DNA of 64,000 bases from positions 16,023 to 80,022 of the forward strand of contig JAQSYO010000013.1 in assembly GCA_029256105.1 (NCBI GenBank), in the 5' to 3' direction. The number at the start of each line of letters is the position of its first letter. The stretch's first letter is position 1. Positions 10,687 to 20,922 of the stretch are shown here, piece by piece. This stretch comes from Herbinix sp. (GTDB lineage Bacteria; Bacillota; Clostridia; Lachnospirales; Lachnospiraceae). The notes under the pieces are model-generated. The model was given only the letters and a program-made list of their open reading frames with translations, was not told the DNA's origin and did no database searches. The position numbers were made by a program, and so were the translations under genes.

Positions 10687-11853
10687 TTAGCCTGCCATAT
10701 TCTTCAGAATTTCGCTCACAATCTTTATTACAACACCACCGGCTACTACAGATCCGATTTGTCCAGATACGTTAGCGCTGATTGCATGCATTAAGAGGTG
10801 ATTGGAAGGATCTTCTTTTAGACCCATCTTCTGAATTACACGTGCTGACATAGGAAATGCAGAGATACCTGCAGCTCCAACCATAGGGTTGATTTTGTTC
10901 TTTCGAATAAATAAATTCAAGAACTTTGCAAATAATACGCCACCGATTGTGTCAAACACAAAGGCAACTAGTCCCAATCCCATAATTAAAAGGGTGTTAA
11001 CATTTACAAAGGCATCTGCCTTCATACTAAAGGCAATTGTGATACCAAGTAATAAAGTAATCAAATTAGATAAATTATTCTGAGCAGTATCAGATAAGGA
11101 ACCAAGAACGCCACATTCTCTAATTAAGTTACCGAACATCAAAAAGCCAACTAATGCGACTGATTGTGGAGCGATAAGGCCTGCAATAAAAGTAACGATG
11201 ATAGGGAACAGAATTCTAGTCAGTTTGGTAACTGATTTTGGATTATATTCCATACGGATCAAACGTTCCTTCCTTGTAGTTACTAAGCGAATAGCAAATG
11301 GTTGTACGATCGGAACTAAGGCCATATAGGAATAAGCCGCGACTGCGATTGCACCGATATACTTGGAATTCAAAATCTGAGATACTAAAATTGAAGTAGG
11401 ACCATCAGCAGCACCGATGATACCGATGGAAGCAGCGTCAGGTAAACTAAAATTAAGTAATGTTGCTAATGAGATGGTAAAGAAAATACCAAACTGTGCG
11501 GCTGCACCAAATAAGAACATCTTAGGGTTTGATAATAGCGGTCCAAAATCAATCATCGCACCGATACCAATAAATAATAAGATAGGTAATGCTTCTGAAG
11601 CGTCAATTCCTGTTTCAAATAGCCACTGGATAATACCTGCTACTTCTTTATCAGCGCCTCCCATCATTGGTACCATTTGGTTTAGAACTCCGGATGCAGG
11701 TATGTTTACTAAAATTGCACCAAAGCCCATTGGAAGCAGTAGGGACGGTTCAAAGCCTTTTACAATTGCTAAATAAATAAGTAAAAGACCTACCGCATAC
11801 ATAACACACTGCTGCCAAGTAATTGCCATAATACCTGACAATAAGAAATCCAT
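10687..11853 (-). CDS. Na+-translocating decarboxylase beta subunit (OadB/GcdB/MmdB family)
   Basis: FEPSLLLPMGFG, IGIIGAADGPT, AYSYMALVP, GISAFPMSAR; ATG 11853 after AAGGAGG. Confidence 0.93.
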   Translation of the reverse strand: MDFLLSGIMAITWQQCVMYAVGLLLIYLAIVKGFEPSLLLPMGFGAILVNIPASGVLNQMVPMMGGADKEVAGIIQWLFETGIDASEALPILLFIGIGAMIDFGPLLSNPKMFLFGAAAQFGIFFTISLATLLNFSLPDAASIGIIGAADGPTSILVSQILNSKYIGAIAVAAYSYMALVPIVQPFAIRLVTTRKERLIRMEYNPKSVTKLTRILFPIIVTFIAGLIAPQSVALVGFLMFGNLIRECGVLGSLSDTAQNNLSNLITLLLGITIAFSMKADAFVNVNTLLIMGLGLVAFVFDTIGGVLFAKFLNLFIRKNKINPMVGAAGISAFPMSARVIQKMGLKEDPSNHLLMHAISANVSGQIGSVVAGGVVIKIVSEILKNMAG

Positions 11854-12250
11854 AAAATAATCCTCCTTAGCATATTTAGTCATTTCTCATTCGTATATCA
11901 TGATGAAAACGTACACACACAAAATTCATGAATATGCACGTTTTTATATCTGCCACTATATCTTTTGAGAAATGACAAGTAAATGAAATTGGTTTTATTG
12001 TAGCTCATTTTTGCCATAAATGTCAATAAATTTCGAAAGTTTTTGATTGAATTCACCAAGTTGCTGTAGATATAATTTAAGCCTATTATGCATAAAGTAA
12101 TTATAACGAAAACGCAGGAGAAGTATTTGGCAATATGTACAAAAAAACAAATTTAAATTGTGTAAAACATACAAGAAAATGGGTAAATATAGAAGCTCTA
12201 ATATCTTGCGTATACACAATGACATAAATACCGAAAATAATGGTTTCCTA

Positions 12251-12279
12251 TTGCACAATTCCCATAAACGTGTTACTAT
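12251..12279 (+). promoter_or_regulatory. Putative sigma-A promoter for the pyrophosphatase gene
   Basis: TTGCAC-17 bp-TACTAT with TG extension. Confidence 0.5.
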
Positions 12280-12392
12280 CAAAGACAAAGCGAAATTTTG
12301 CTCAACAAGATGAATGGAACAACAATTGAATAGTATTAGTTCACTTGTCATAAATTCACTTGTCAAGAATAAATGAAAGGGAGATGAATATT

Positions 12393-14495
12393 TTGGATTT
12401 TGACGTACGATTTTTTCAAATTGCATCAATCATTATTTCAATTCTAGCATTTGGGGCTGCTGTTTGGCTCTACAAATGGGTAGTATCACAACCCTCCTCT
12501 AACAAGAAAATAGCTGAGGTAAGTAAGCTGATTCGCAATGGAGCAAACACATTTCTTGCAAAAGAGTACAAAACATTAATACGCTTTTGTACAGTAGCAG
12601 CAATTATTATCTTAATCTTTCTTCCGGCACCGATCTGGAAGGGAAATGTAGTAGATAATATATTAATGGCTGTTTCTTACTTATTCGGTACCGTATTTTC
12701 CGGAATTGCCGGTAAGATTGGTATCAGTATTGCTACCATAGCTAATGTAAAAGCTGCAGAGGCAGCTACAAAGGGAATTAAACCTTCCTTTATGTCAGGA
12801 TTTCGTGGTGGTGCAGTTATGGGTATGGCTGTTGTTGGCTCCAGTTTACTTGGTGTAACCTTAGTCCTTCTCATTACAGATAATACAACCGCACTACTTG
12901 GCTTCAGCTTTGGTGCAAGTTCCATGGCACTTTTTGCAAAAGCAGGTGGCGGTATATTTACGAAGACAGCAGATATTAGTGCTGACTTATGTGGTAAGGT
13001 TGAACTTGGTATTCCGGAAGATGATCCTAGAAATCCCGCAGTTATTGCCGATAATGTAGGTGATAACGTTGGTGATGTAGCCGGAATGGGTGCCGACTTA
13101 TTTGACTCTAACGTAGCTTCTATGGCAGCAGCGCTTGTAATGGGATCTGCTCTTGATAAAGTGGCTGGTGGAACAGGCAATGCAGCAATGGTATTCTGCT
13201 ATGCAGCCATCGGATTATTTGCTTCCATGATTGGTGTTTTAACAGCCAAGATGAAGGAAGGCGGAGATCCCACCAGAGCATTAAATAGTAATACATATGT
13301 TACAACAATTCTTTTCGGTATTTTAACTGCAGTTGCTACTGTAGTATTTGATTTTGAATGGCGTATCTGGGGAGCCAGTGCAGTTGGTCTTGTTGTAGGT
13401 GTTGTTATTGGTATTGCAAGTGATTATTATACCGATGATAAGAAGAAACCGGTTCATGAAGTTGCAAAAGCTTGTGAATCTGGTCCTGCATTCACTATTT
13501 TATCAGGTATTTCTTATGGTCTTATGAGCACATTACCTTCTATGGTTGGTATTGGTATCTCGGCTTTAGCAGCTTATAAGATTTGTGAGCCTCTTGGACC
13601 TGGATATGCTATGTTTGGTATTTCCATGGCGGCAGTTGGTATGTTATCCATCGTTGGTATGATTATTTCGAATGATGCATATGGCCCGATTGTTGATAAT
13701 GCTCGTGGACTTGTTGAAATGGGTGATTTGGGTGAAAAAGCTCTTGAAATTACAGACTCACTTGATAGTGCAGGTAATACCGTAAAGGCTGTTACAAAAG
13801 GCTTTGCAATCGGTGCTGCCGGACTTACTGTAATTGCGTTATTAGGCGCATTCATGAGTGAAGTTAATACGGCAGCAATTGATTTGGGATTAGTTGAAGA
13901 TGGAATTAACTATATTCAAGGTTTTGATATCATTAACCCGGTTGTATTCTTCGGATTATTATTTGGTGCTGCTATTCCAGCTGTGTTCTCCGCTATGCTG
14001 ATGCTTGGTGTAGATCGTAATGCACAACGTATGGTAAAAGAAATTCATCGTCAGTTTAAGGAAATCGTCGGTCTGAAAGAAGGCAAAGAAGGCGTAGTTC
14101 CGGAATATGATAAATGTATTGAAATTGCTACAGACGGTGCTATAAAAGAGTTAATTCCTGCTGGTTTAATGGTAATTATCGCTACACTTCTTGTTGGTTT
14201 CATCGGAGGAGTTCAAGCGATTGGTGGTTTCATTACCGGTAATATCATCAGTGGTTTATTATTCGCTTTGTTTATGTCTAATTCCGGTGGTCTTTGGGAT
14301 AACACAAAGAAATACATTGAATCTGGACATAACGGTGGTAAGAATTCAGATGCACATAGAGCTGGTGTTGTTGGTGATACCGTAGGTGATCCTTTTAAGG
14401 ACACTGCAGGCCCTTCAATTAATACACAGATTACGGTAGTATCCCTAGTTGCATCCTTAACAGCAACCATTTTCTTAACATTCTCAATCTTTTAG
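12393..14495 (+). CDS. hppA: Membrane-bound ion-translocating pyrophosphatase
   Basis: GGGIFTKTAD, EDDPRNPAVIADNVGDNVGDVAG, GDTVGDPFKDTAGP; start TTG 12393 or ATG 12384 after AAAGGGAG. Confidence 0.93.
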   Translation: MDFDVRFFQIASIIISILAFGAAVWLYKWVVSQPSSNKKIAEVSKLIRNGANTFLAKEYKTLIRFCTVAAIIILIFLPAPIWKGNVVDNILMAVSYLFGTVFSGIAGKIGISIATIANVKAAEAATKGIKPSFMSGFRGGAVMGMAVVGSSLLGVTLVLLITDNTTALLGFSFGASSMALFAKAGGGIFTKTADISADLCGKVELGIPEDDPRNPAVIADNVGDNVGDVAGMGADLFDSNVASMAAALVMGSALDKVAGGTGNAAMVFCYAAIGLFASMIGVLTAKMKEGGDPTRALNSNTYVTTILFGILTAVATVVFDFEWRIWGASAVGLVVGVVIGIASDYYTDDKKKPVHEVAKACESGPAFTILSGISYGLMSTLPSMVGIGISALAAYKICEPLGPGYAMFGISMAAVGMLSIVGMIISNDAYGPIVDNARGLVEMGDLGEKALEITDSLDSAGNTVKAVTKGFAIGAAGLTVIALLGAFMSEVNTAAIDLGLVEDGINYIQGFDIINPVVFFGLLFGAAIPAVFSAMLMLGVDRNAQRMVKEIHRQFKEIVGLKEGKEGVVPEYDKCIEIATDGAIKELIPAGLMVIIATLLVGFIGGVQAIGGFITGNIISGLLFALFMSNSGGLWDNTKKYIESGHNGGKNSDAHRAGVVGDTVGDPFKDTAGPSINTQITVVSLVASLTATIFLTFSIF

Positions 14496-14580
14496 TTGAT
14501 TAGATAATAAATTTAATTAAGAAGATAGCATTATGTAGATGAAAATGCGCAAAAACAAGGTAGAATAAATCATGAAATAA

Positions 14581-14631
14581 AAGAGCCTATAGTATGGATG
14601 TGTTTAAAATCCATCGCTATAGGCTCTTCTT
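14581..14631 (+). terminator. Terminator hairpin after hppA
   Basis: AAGAGCCTATAGT.TGGAT...ATCCA.CGCTATAGGCTCTT. Confidence 0.7.
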
Positions 14632-14636
14632 ATATA

Positions 14637-14895
14637 TATGCGTAAAACTTGCTATGTGCAAAACTTGCTATGTGCAAAACTTGTTATGCGTAAAACTTGC
14701 TAGGTGCAAAACTTGCTATGCGTAAAACTTGCTATGCGTAAAACTTGCTATGCGTAAAACTTGCTATGCGTAAAACTTGCTATGTGCAAAACTTGTTATG
14801 CGTAAAACTTGCTAAATGTAGAACTTGCTATGTGTAAAATTTGCTATTTGCAGAACTTACTAAGTGTTAAATTTGCTATGTGTAAAAAAACCTAC
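14637..14895. repeat. Intergenic tandem array, 15 full copies plus a degenerate copy of a 16-bp unit (consensus TATGYGYAAAACTTGC)
   Basis: Units read in register every 16 bp from 14637 to 14876, degenerating rightward. Confidence 0.95.
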
Positions 14896-14934
14896 TATGT
14901 GAATTGGTCAAATTGGATCATTAGTAGTATTTTT

Positions 14935-15768
14935 TTATTTCAGTCCCCGGCTACTTTCACGCCACTTTCCGGGTGAAATTCCAGTTTGCTTTTTAAATGC
15001 TTTATATAGGACGGTAGTATCATGATATCCTACCTCAGATGTGATAAAAGAGAGAGTGTGGTCGGTGTTAGATAAAAGCTCTTTTGCTCTTGCAATCCTT
15101 ATTTGCTGTAGGTATTGTCCAGGAGTTAATCCGTAGTACTGCTTTACTTTGCGGTTTATGTATTCTGTTGAAAAGTGAAATCTGTCTGCTAATAAATCAC
15201 AATTTAAGTCTTTATTATAATTCTCTGAGATATAACTGGCTATCTGCTCAGCCAATCCATTGCCATGCGCTTTATGAAACGTTTTTGTAATATTATTTAA
15301 TATAGTAAGGAAAATCGATTGGATACTTAAAATATCATGTGATTTATTCTTATAGCAATAGTCTAATTGATCGAATAAGGGTTTTAATAATCTATGATTA
15401 AATAAGCCCTTTTTCTCTAATATTATTGAAGTTTTATCTTCGATAAAGGTATAAATAAGACTATCTTGGTCATCAAAAGCTTCTCCGGTTGCGTAAAAAT
15501 GAATATAAAAATAGGATGGAGCTGGGCTCCCCATGATTCCTTGTTGAAGCAGGCCAGGTCTTTGTACATACCATTCGCCCTTTTTTATTTCGATCTTGAT
15601 TCCATCCTCTGTAAAGAACAATTCATTTTCTAACATAAAGATTAAAACATAATGATCACACATTCTTGTAATGTGTTTCTCGTTCTTGATAAAATGCCGA
15701 TAGCTTGCTGCTGAAAATTCTGGCCAAGGGGGTATATGTAATTTGATAAAATCAGTATCACTATCCAA
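14935..15768 (-). CDS. AraC family transcriptional regulator
   Basis: C-terminal double HTH (LTPGQYLQQIRIARAKELL..VGY..FKKQTGISPGKWR); TTG 15768 after GGTGGTG; divergent from GH127. Confidence 0.9.
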   Translation of the reverse strand: MDSDTDFIKLHIPPWPEFSAASYRHFIKNEKHITRMCDHYVLIFMLENELFFTEDGIKIEIKKGEWYVQRPGLLQQGIMGSPAPSYFYIHFYATGEAFDDQDSLIYTFIEDKTSIILEKKGLFNHRLLKPLFDQLDYCYKNKSHDILSIQSIFLTILNNITKTFHKAHGNGLAEQIASYISENYNKDLNCDLLADRFHFSTEYINRKVKQYYGLTPGQYLQQIRIARAKELLSNTDHTLSFITSEVGYHDTTVLYKAFKKQTGISPGKWRESSRGLK

Positions 15769-15944
15769 TAAGTCACCACCTTTCACTTTTTGCATCAAGA
15801 AGTGCAGTATTTGCAATTTCATAATCAAATTATACCATATAAACTAGTGAATGAATAGATTTAAGATGTTCGGTATTTGACATATAAAATAATATCTTGT
15901 CTATATAATATATATACGTGCCAATGCACGTAGAGGGAGGCTAA

Positions 15945-17810
15945 ATGAAAAACTTACAACAACCTGTATTGTCCCAACTACCAATTAAGGAAATAGAACC
16001 ACAGGGTTGGTTATTAAACCAGCTTCGAATTCAGGCAGATGGACTCTCCGGCAATCTTGATAAATTCTGGCCGGATATCAAAGATAGTAAATGGATTGGC
16101 GGAGATAAAGAAGGTTGGGAGAGAGTGCCTTATTGGCTCGATGGATTTATACCATTAGCATGGCTTCTTAACGAGGAAGATATGAAAATACGTGCAAAGA
16201 AATACATAGATTTTATTATTGAACATCAGGATAAGGAAGGATGGATTTGTCCTTGTACTAACGCTGACCGTAATCAATATGATATGTGGGCGTTATTTTT
16301 GATTCTTAAAGTGCTTGTACAGTACCAGGAGGTGGAAGGCGACCAAAGAATAGAAGGAGTAGTAAAAAAAGCTCTAATAAGTTTGGATAGACATATCGAT
16401 AGCAATCTTTTATTTTCCTGGGCACAGTCCAGATGGTTTGAAGTACTGATCCCTATATGGTGGCTTTATGAACGTTCCGGCGAAAAGTGGTTACTAAATC
16501 TGGCATCTAAGCTTCATAGCCAAGGGTTTGACTGGATTAGCTTTTACAAGCATTGGCCGTATAGAGAACCGGATAAGAAGGGTCGATGGAGCCAGATGAG
16601 TCACGCAGTTAACGTTGCGATGGCTTTAAAATCCGGAGCTTTATTTTCTAGGATGACAGGAGAGGAGGAGCAACTTCAAAGTGCAGAAAAAATGATAGAA
16701 CTTCTGGATGAGTATCATGGTATGGTTACTGGAGTATTCTCCGGAGATGAGTGCTTATCCGGTAACAGCCCAATTCAAGGTACGGAACTATGTGCTGTGG
16801 TAGAATATATGTATTCGCTAGAGCATCTGATGGCGCTGACAGGAAAAGTTCATTGGGGGGATAGACTGGAGAAAATAGCATTCAATGCCCTTCCGGCAAC
16901 CTTTAGCCCCGACATGTGGACACATCAATATGATCAACAAGTGAATCAAGTAGAATGCTCTACTAGGGAGCAAGCGGTTTTTAATACCAATGGAGGAGAA
17001 GCGAATTTATTTGGACTGGAGCCTAATTTTGGCTGCTGTACAGCAAATCTCAGCCAAGCTTGGCCTAAGTTTGCAATGAATAATTTTATGAAGACAGAGG
17101 ATGGAATTGCTGCCGTTGTCTACGCACCTACTTTAATTAACACTGTTATTAATCATGTAAATACGAAAATAAGAATGCAAACAGAATATCCCTTTCAGGA
17201 CACCATTCATATTGATATTATTACGGAGAAACCAGTTCAATTTACGTTAAGTTTACGAATACCTTCTTGGTGTGAGGAGGCGATCATTATACTTGACGAG
17301 GATAAATGGAGGGCAGGTGGAGGAGAATTCTTCAAATTGGACAGAGAGTGGGAGGGAGAATCACATGTTACATTAATTCTGCCAATGAAAGTGCAATTGG
17401 AAGCTAGACCGAATAACTTATATGCGATTATTAGAGGGCCACTTGTTTACTCCTTCGCAATTGCAGAGAACTGGGTTCAAATCAATAAAAACCTTGCGGG
17501 GAGGGAATATCCACATTGTGATTATGAAGTATATGCAACCTCACAGTGGAATTATGGCTTGAGAATTGATAAGGATAATCTGGAAGAGAGCATTCAATTT
17601 GAGAGAAAAGCAGTAGGTGATTTTCCTTTTTCTCCAGCTGAGGCGCCGGTAAGAGCGCAGGTCAGGGGTAGTAAAATTGATTGGTCGCTGGACAATGGAT
17701 CCGCTACACTCAGCCCGGCAATGACCTGGATTTCTGATGAAGTTGAGCTGCTGACTTTAATTCCTTATGGCTGCACAAATCTACGTTTAACTGAAATGCC
17801 TTTATTATAG
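15945..17810 (+). CDS. GH127 (beta-L-arabinofuranosidase-like) glycoside hydrolase
   Basis: PQGWL, HAVN, TELC and GCCTAN (Glu/Cys Zn-site pattern of GH127/146), LRIPSW, RGPLVY, LIPYG. Confidence 0.85.
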   Translation: MKNLQQPVLSQLPIKEIEPQGWLLNQLRIQADGLSGNLDKFWPDIKDSKWIGGDKEGWERVPYWLDGFIPLAWLLNEEDMKIRAKKYIDFIIEHQDKEGWICPCTNADRNQYDMWALFLILKVLVQYQEVEGDQRIEGVVKKALISLDRHIDSNLLFSWAQSRWFEVLIPIWWLYERSGEKWLLNLASKLHSQGFDWISFYKHWPYREPDKKGRWSQMSHAVNVAMALKSGALFSRMTGEEEQLQSAEKMIELLDEYHGMVTGVFSGDECLSGNSPIQGTELCAVVEYMYSLEHLMALTGKVHWGDRLEKIAFNALPATFSPDMWTHQYDQQVNQVECSTREQAVFNTNGGEANLFGLEPNFGCCTANLSQAWPKFAMNNFMKTEDGIAAVVYAPTLINTVINHVNTKIRMQTEYPFQDTIHIDIITEKPVQFTLSLRIPSWCEEAIIILDEDKWRAGGGEFFKLDREWEGESHVTLILPMKVQLEARPNNLYAIIRGPLVYSFAIAENWVQINKNLAGREYPHCDYEVYATSQWNYGLRIDKDNLEESIQFERKAVGDFPFSPAEAPVRAQVRGSKIDWSLDNGSATLSPAMTWISDEVELLTLIPYGCTNLRLTEMPLL

Positions 17811-17834
17811 CAGTAGAAAGCATAGGTCTGCCCT

Positions 17835-18653
17835 TTATCGATTTGTTTTTCTATAATTTAACGGTGAGATACCAATTTTCTCTTTGAAGAAATTAGAAAA
17901 ATAATGTTCATCATAAAAATTTAAGTCGAGTGAAATTTCTTTAATGCTTTTATTTGTATTTAATAGAATTAACTTCGCCAATTCTAACTTTTGATTCATC
18001 AGATATTGATAAGGAGTAATCCCAAAAGCCTTTTTAAAAATGCGTATCGTTTGAGAGGGGGAGTGGTATATTTGATCACATAAATCCTTCAGCTCAACTT
18101 TATTCATATTGTTTTTATCAAGATAATCCTTCAGTATGGCTGCATCTTTTGAGTAGGTTGGGTCATCTTTATGGATGCTTGGATAAATGGAAAGTATTAT
18201 TTTATAGAAGATTTGTGAGGCTTGCTCTATAAAATTTGCATCATTATTCTTTGCTTGTCTTGCAAGAGAAAGTATTTGATAGAACAAGGAACTTACATTA
18301 GTACCTATAATATGATTGGTATAATTTAATTTATATATTTGAATTAAACTGTCAATTAAGGGTCCTGTTGCATTAAACCAGATTTTGGTCCAAGGATTTA
18401 AACGATCGGAATAATATTTGTGATTGCTATGGCGATGTAGAATATAAACATCGCCAGCTTTTGCAATGAATTTCTTGCCATCAACAATAACGGTTCCTTC
18501 CCCTTCTAATACATATTCAAACACATAGATGGGACTGTTTTTTCTCGCAATACGATACGTATCATCACAATAGGAGATACCGGTCATCTCAATAAAAAAT
18601 GGAGGTTCAGAATCTACGGCTTCATTTATAAAACTTACAATATCTTCTCTCAT
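17835..18653 (-). CDS. AraC family transcriptional regulator
   Basis: Cupin N-domain (FEYVLEGEG), HTH FKKAFGITPYQY..FSNFFKEKIGISP. Confidence 0.9.
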   Translation of the reverse strand: MREDIVSFINEAVDSEPPFFIEMTGISYCDDTYRIARKNSPIYVFEYVLEGEGTVIVDGKKFIAKAGDVYILHRHSNHKYYSDRLNPWTKIWFNATGPLIDSLIQIYKLNYTNHIIGTNVSSLFYQILSLARQAKNNDANFIEQASQIFYKIILSIYPSIHKDDPTYSKDAAILKDYLDKNNMNKVELKDLCDQIYHSPSQTIRIFKKAFGITPYQYLMNQKLELAKLILLNTNKSIKEISLDLNFYDEHYFSNFFKEKIGISPLNYRKTNR

Positions 18654-18771
18654 GCGCATAATCTCCACTTTTATATCTATTTTCTATATTGTTTCGCATA
18701 ATTATAGCATTATAATATAAATATGTCTATCATCTAAGGTGATAAAAATTTATCTTGAAAGGAAGAAAAAA

Positions 18772-20700
18772 ATGAAGCTACGAGCACCTGCAGTTCCACT
18801 AATTACAATGGATCCATATTTCAATATTTGGTCAATGAATGATCAACTCAATGGAGATGATACAAGGCATTGGACAGGTAAACAACACAGACTTACCGGT
18901 ATATTAGAACTTGACGGAAATTCCTATTGCTTTATGGGAATGTCCGAATTTACCCCTATGAAGCAGGAAAGTCTCATTATTGATGCACTATCTACCAATT
19001 ATATTTTTTCGATTAAAGAGGTTGAATTAAGTGTTAGCTTTGTAACACCGTTGCTAATCGAAGATCCCGTTTTATGCGCTCGCCCAATTACTTATATTAC
19101 GACGAAAATCTGCTCAAAAGACGGGGGCGAACATCGGTTTTCAATTCGACTGATAGCAGATGATGAAATATGCTTGGATGAAAAGGGGCAATGGGATACG
19201 GCGTTTGCCTTTGGTGAAAATAATATATTTCAATGGGGTCGTGTAGGAAGCATTCCGCAGAAAATCCTTAATAAATCAGGGGATGATCTTCGCATTGATT
19301 GGGGATATCTCTATTTAGCAGTTAAAAATGATAAGTACGCAAAAGCCAGCATCTCACAATTACCTTCAGTAGATGCTACGGCTACTGCAAGCGGACGATT
19401 GCAAGTTTTAATCGATTTTCCTCAACAAGCTTCTGCAGAGGCACTGATTTCAATTGCATATGATGATAATAAATCCATAGAATATTTTGGTGAGCCATTA
19501 GAATTATTGTGGAAGACCTCAAATACACCGGATATCTTAGCTGCTCTTTCCGAAGCCTTTCAGGAATACCCCTATTTATTAGAGCGTTGCAAGGATTTTT
19601 CAGAAACTCTATATCGTGAAGCCAAAGCCTGTGGCGGATTAGAATACGCAGAATTACTTGCTCTTGCATATCGCCAGTCCATCGCAGCACATAAGATATG
19701 TGCTGATTCAAAGGGTGAACTTCTTTTTATATCAAAGGAATGTTTCAGCAATGGCTGTGCAGCTACCGTCGATGTTAGCTATCCTTCAGCTCCGCTATTT
19801 CTATTGTATAATCCTGAGCTTGTGAAGGGAATGCTACGCCCAATCTTTAAGTATGCATCCTCTCCGGAGTGGCCATTTGATTTCGCTCCACATGATGCTG
19901 GACAGTATCCTTTAGTTAATGGACAGGTGTATGGAGAGAATAAATTAGAATATCAGATGCCGATTGAAGAATGTGGCAATGTATTAATCATGATGGCAAC
20001 TGTTTGTATCGTTCAAAAGGATGTGACCTTTGCTTTGGAAAACTGGGATCTGTTAGAGAAATGGGCGAATTATCTACATAGAACAGGAATGGATCCGGAA
20101 AATCAATTATGTACGGATGACTTTGCAGGACACCTTGCGCATAACTGCAATCTTTCCATCAAAGCAATTATGGGAATTACCGGATTTTCAATCCTGTGCA
20201 GGATGAAAAATGATCTAAAACAAGCGGATAATCTTCTAGTGGAAGCAAAGAAAATGGCAGACCAATGGATCACTATGGCAACAAAAACTGACGGTACCTT
20301 CCGCCTTTCCTTTGATCAAGAGGATAGCTTTAGTATGAAATATAATCTGATCTGGGATAAACTATGGGGTACAGAGATCTTTGACTTATCTAAATTCCAG
20401 AAGGAATTTTCCTCCTATTTAGATCGTTCCAATCAATTCGGAATGCCCTTGGATAATCGCGCTGACTATACCAAATCCGATTGGTTGTTATGGTGTGCGA
20501 CCTTAATGGATTCTGATACGGATTTTGCTCAGATGATTGCTCCGTTATATGCAGCCTATCAAAATTCAGAATCCCGCGTTCCTTTGACCGACTGGTATGA
20601 TACCAAGACTGCAAAAATGATCGGCTTTCAAAACCGTACCGTACAAGGTGGTCTTTTTATTCGCTTGTTACAGCAAAAAGGCGTTTGCTTCGTTGAGTAG
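18772..20700 (+). CDS. 'Glutaminase A'/DUF4965-type (alpha/alpha)6-barrel protein
   Basis: LRAPAVPLITMDPYF, DLRIDWGY, SKECFSNG..TVDV, MPIEECGN, TDDFAG, SMKYNL, YTKSDW motifs. Confidence 0.8.
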   Translation: MKLRAPAVPLITMDPYFNIWSMNDQLNGDDTRHWTGKQHRLTGILELDGNSYCFMGMSEFTPMKQESLIIDALSTNYIFSIKEVELSVSFVTPLLIEDPVLCARPITYITTKICSKDGGEHRFSIRLIADDEICLDEKGQWDTAFAFGENNIFQWGRVGSIPQKILNKSGDDLRIDWGYLYLAVKNDKYAKASISQLPSVDATATASGRLQVLIDFPQQASAEALISIAYDDNKSIEYFGEPLELLWKTSNTPDILAALSEAFQEYPYLLERCKDFSETLYREAKACGGLEYAELLALAYRQSIAAHKICADSKGELLFISKECFSNGCAATVDVSYPSAPLFLLYNPELVKGMLRPIFKYASSPEWPFDFAPHDAGQYPLVNGQVYGENKLEYQMPIEECGNVLIMMATVCIVQKDVTFALENWDLLEKWANYLHRTGMDPENQLCTDDFAGHLAHNCNLSIKAIMGITGFSILCRMKNDLKQADNLLVEAKKMADQWITMATKTDGTFRLSFDQEDSFSMKYNLIWDKLWGTEIFDLSKFQKEFSSYLDRSNQFGMPLDNRADYTKSDWLLWCATLMDSDTDFAQMIAPLYAAYQNSESRVPLTDWYDTKTAKMIGFQNRTVQGGLFIRLLQQKGVCFVE

Positions 20701-20893
20701 CGGATAATCTTTTTTAGAAATGGAATATTTGGGTTTAAAATTAACAGGTTTGTGTCTGATAGAGATGCAAGCCTGTTTTCTTGTGTACCTATCATAGGTA
20801 TAATCTCGTGATTATAATTATGAATTATCAACCTTGCTCAGTCTTACTTAATCTTATTTAAAACGCAAGAGGATATCGCGAAGTAGAATGCAA

Positions 20894-20922
20894 TTGACAT
20901 ATCATTAAATGGTATATATAAT
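20894..20922 (+). promoter_or_regulatory. Consensus sigma-A promoter upstream of GntR regulator
   Basis: TTGACA-17 bp-TATAAT. Confidence 0.75.

Noticed and set aside
11995-12429. 144-aa minus-strand ORF
   Set aside because: Overlaps the hppA start and promoter region, atypical composition, no recognisable motif
14637-14895. CRISPR array
   Set aside because: Units are contiguous 16-mers with no unique spacers; no cas genes in the window
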